Source of the DNA: Yuukianura sp. NJ FZ-2021
Taxonomy: Eukaryota
Length of the DNA: 64,000 nt
NCBI GenBank assembly: GCA_046563655.1
Contig: CM102284.1
Span: 8,804,001-8,868,000, forward strand
Reading direction: 5' to 3'
The notes beneath the pieces are model-generated. The model saw nothing but the letters and a program-made list of their open reading frames with translations, was not told the DNA's origin and made no database searches. Shown piece after piece: positions 62,058 through 64,000 of this stretch; the stretch's first letter is position 1; each line of letters starts with the position of its first letter. The position numbers and the translations under genes were made by a program.

Positions 62058-62261
62058 TTAACAGGTTGGGTACTACCTCGCTTGTTGACAAAAAGAAAAC
62101 GAAAAATACAAGTAATTAGTACCATTACCAATCCGAAAAATCGGTAACAATTTGTATGCAAAGTTTAAAAAAAAATGGCTATATTATTAGGACTACGATG
62201 CAAGAAAAAGATAATTTTCTTGCAAAATCGAAAAAACATGAGGTACTACACAACCTGTTAA
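62058..62261. mobile_element. MITE family C copy (opposite orientation to 53363-53560)
   Basis: TTAACAGGTTG ... CAACCTGTTAA termini and shared interior. Confidence 0.75.
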
Positions 62262-63394
62262 AGAAAATCACCCACCAGTCAAGAAACCTTGGCTAACCTT
62301 GTTGTGGACTGTGTTTTCGCTGACCTTGACCTTGATATTGGAAGTTAAGAGAGAATTCGGACAGTAGGTTAGGAAAGCAAAGTTATTGAGGCAGAGGAAA
62401 TGGGCGGAAGGTCAGGTTCGGAGTCGTAAAAAAAACGAGAGAAATGGGGGGGGGGGGTCTGGGAGAAGGGGGGGGGGGTCTAGAGAAACACATAAATAGA
62501 GTAAACAGTAAACATAAATACTGCTGTTGGTTTTCGAGAACAAAAAATCGAGGTCAGGGAGGAAAAACGACTAAAACTATTTGGCACGCTCTATCACCAG
62601 AAAGTTCGTAAATTACTCCCAACAACTCGTAACATCTAAAGTTCCAATTCAATCTACTGTTAGACTTATAGAACAACTGTAAGTCAACACTATAAGTTAG
62701 GTTGTTAGGCTAAAAGTTAGGCTAACCTAACAAAGAAAGAAACCTGTTAACATATACAAAGAAAAGGAAACCTAATCAACTTATACTCGAATTTCCGTTT
62801 CAGCAGATTTCCGGGAAATTCGGTTCGGAGAAAACAGAAAAAAAATTCTTCCCAAAATTTCTCCTTTCTCTGAAATCTTCACACAACTTTTTCAAAATTC
62901 CTAGAACCCGGTAAAAATCAGGTTTTCACTTTTATGTTTTCGAAAAGTTCAAAGTTTTTGAAAAAACAAAAGAGATTTGTGAAGGATTTGACTTTCTTTT
63001 TTTGATAAAGCAACAGTCGTGCCCGGAATTGGAGAAAAGAGAAAGTTGGATGATAGATTTTTGGTCAAAATTGAATTATCTGACGATAAAAGATTGTTTT
63101 GTTTTCTCTTATCATCGGTTTCTGCTTTCACTTTCATTGATTCCTCTTCACACAGGGGAAAAAACAATTTGAAATGCTTTCTAAGCCTAACCTACGTTAG
63201 TCTAAACTTTCCTTTTGCCACTGCTTAGTAGCTTTTGGCTTCACTTTTATCTTTTTTCAAAAAGTGAGTTCAGTTGGATTCCAAAAGTCACTAAATAATT
63301 CAAAAGACTAAAATGTGTAAAGGCTTTTTGAGAAGCAGCTTATCTTACTTTTCCTCTTGCTTCATTTCCACATCACTTACAAAACATGTTTCAG

Positions 63395-63625
63395 AAAACG
63401 AAAAAAGAGAAGCTTTTTGCCCCGTATGAAAAACAGAGAAGCGTTCTCCCCAGGCAGGAAAAAACAAAAAGGTTTTCACCGCACAAGAAAAAAAGGGACT
63501 TTTTTTGCCCCACAGGAAAAAAAAAGAAGCTGTTTGCCCAGCAAGAAAAAATGGAAGCTTTTCGCCACGTATGAAAAAAGAGAAGCTTTTTGACCCCTAT
63601 GAAAAAAGAGAAGCTTTTTGACCTA
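63395..63625. repeat. ~28-bp minisatellite (GAAAAAAGAGAAGCTTTTTG(C/A)CCC.TAT)
   Basis: About eight imperfect tandem units. Confidence 0.7.
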
Positions 63626-64000
63626 GTTCTTGAGACGAAATTCATTTTGAGCTATGAGAGAAAGTTATAACAGAAAACCATTACGGTCTTAGAATTTTTC
63701 CGGGAAGAAGAAGCCAAGCCAATCAAATTTTCCGAGAAATTCGGGCTCTATGACTCACAAGTCGCTAAATCCTAAAGTGACTTTGGATTTGAACTGAAAA
63801 CGACTTTTTCAAAAGCAGTTTTTAAAAAAAGTAGTTGAATCAGCGCTAAATGGATTCCCAAAACCTACGGTAATTGTGCTTTCAAAAATTTACGTTGACA
63901 CTTATCGCTGTTATCCGTTACGCCAGTAGCTTAGCAAAGTATTCCGAAAGTGACACGATCGCTCTAAAAAAAGTGGACCAATCAGGATTAAGCTTCCAGT

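Overview
AT-rich, intron-containing eukaryotic DNA. It looks arthropod, judging by TTAGG-like tracts and a diapausin-type peptide; a springtail-like hexapod is my inference only. Splicing by hand (GT-AG, phase-checked) gives, in order: the last two exons of a probable SoxB2/Sox21b-like transcription factor (+); a tandem array of four small, apparently lineage-specific Cys-Cys/single-hydrophobic-segment/YAPPP-Q-tail genes (-); an unusual F-box/LRR gene whose C-terminus ends in a similar Cys-Cys plus two-TM module (-); Fsn/FBXO45 (-) head-to-head with Dp (+); DHRS7B (+); LAMP1 (-) head-to-head with a PHF20/MBD-R2-like Tudor-PHD gene (+); and a receptor guanylyl cyclase (-) carrying a 9-nt micro-exon and an antisense nested BC-box/LRR gene. 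The otherwise non-coding last 16 kb holds a two-exon diapausin-like antimicrobial peptide gene that the ORF track misses. Several MITE families are present, including a hAT-type element with an intact 8-bp TSD. The best candidate for an undescribed system is the 4.3-10.8 kb cluster: four paralogous small membrane proteins with conserved IR-1 (EcRE-like) and kappaB-like motifs, next to a membrane-anchored F-box/LRR protein.
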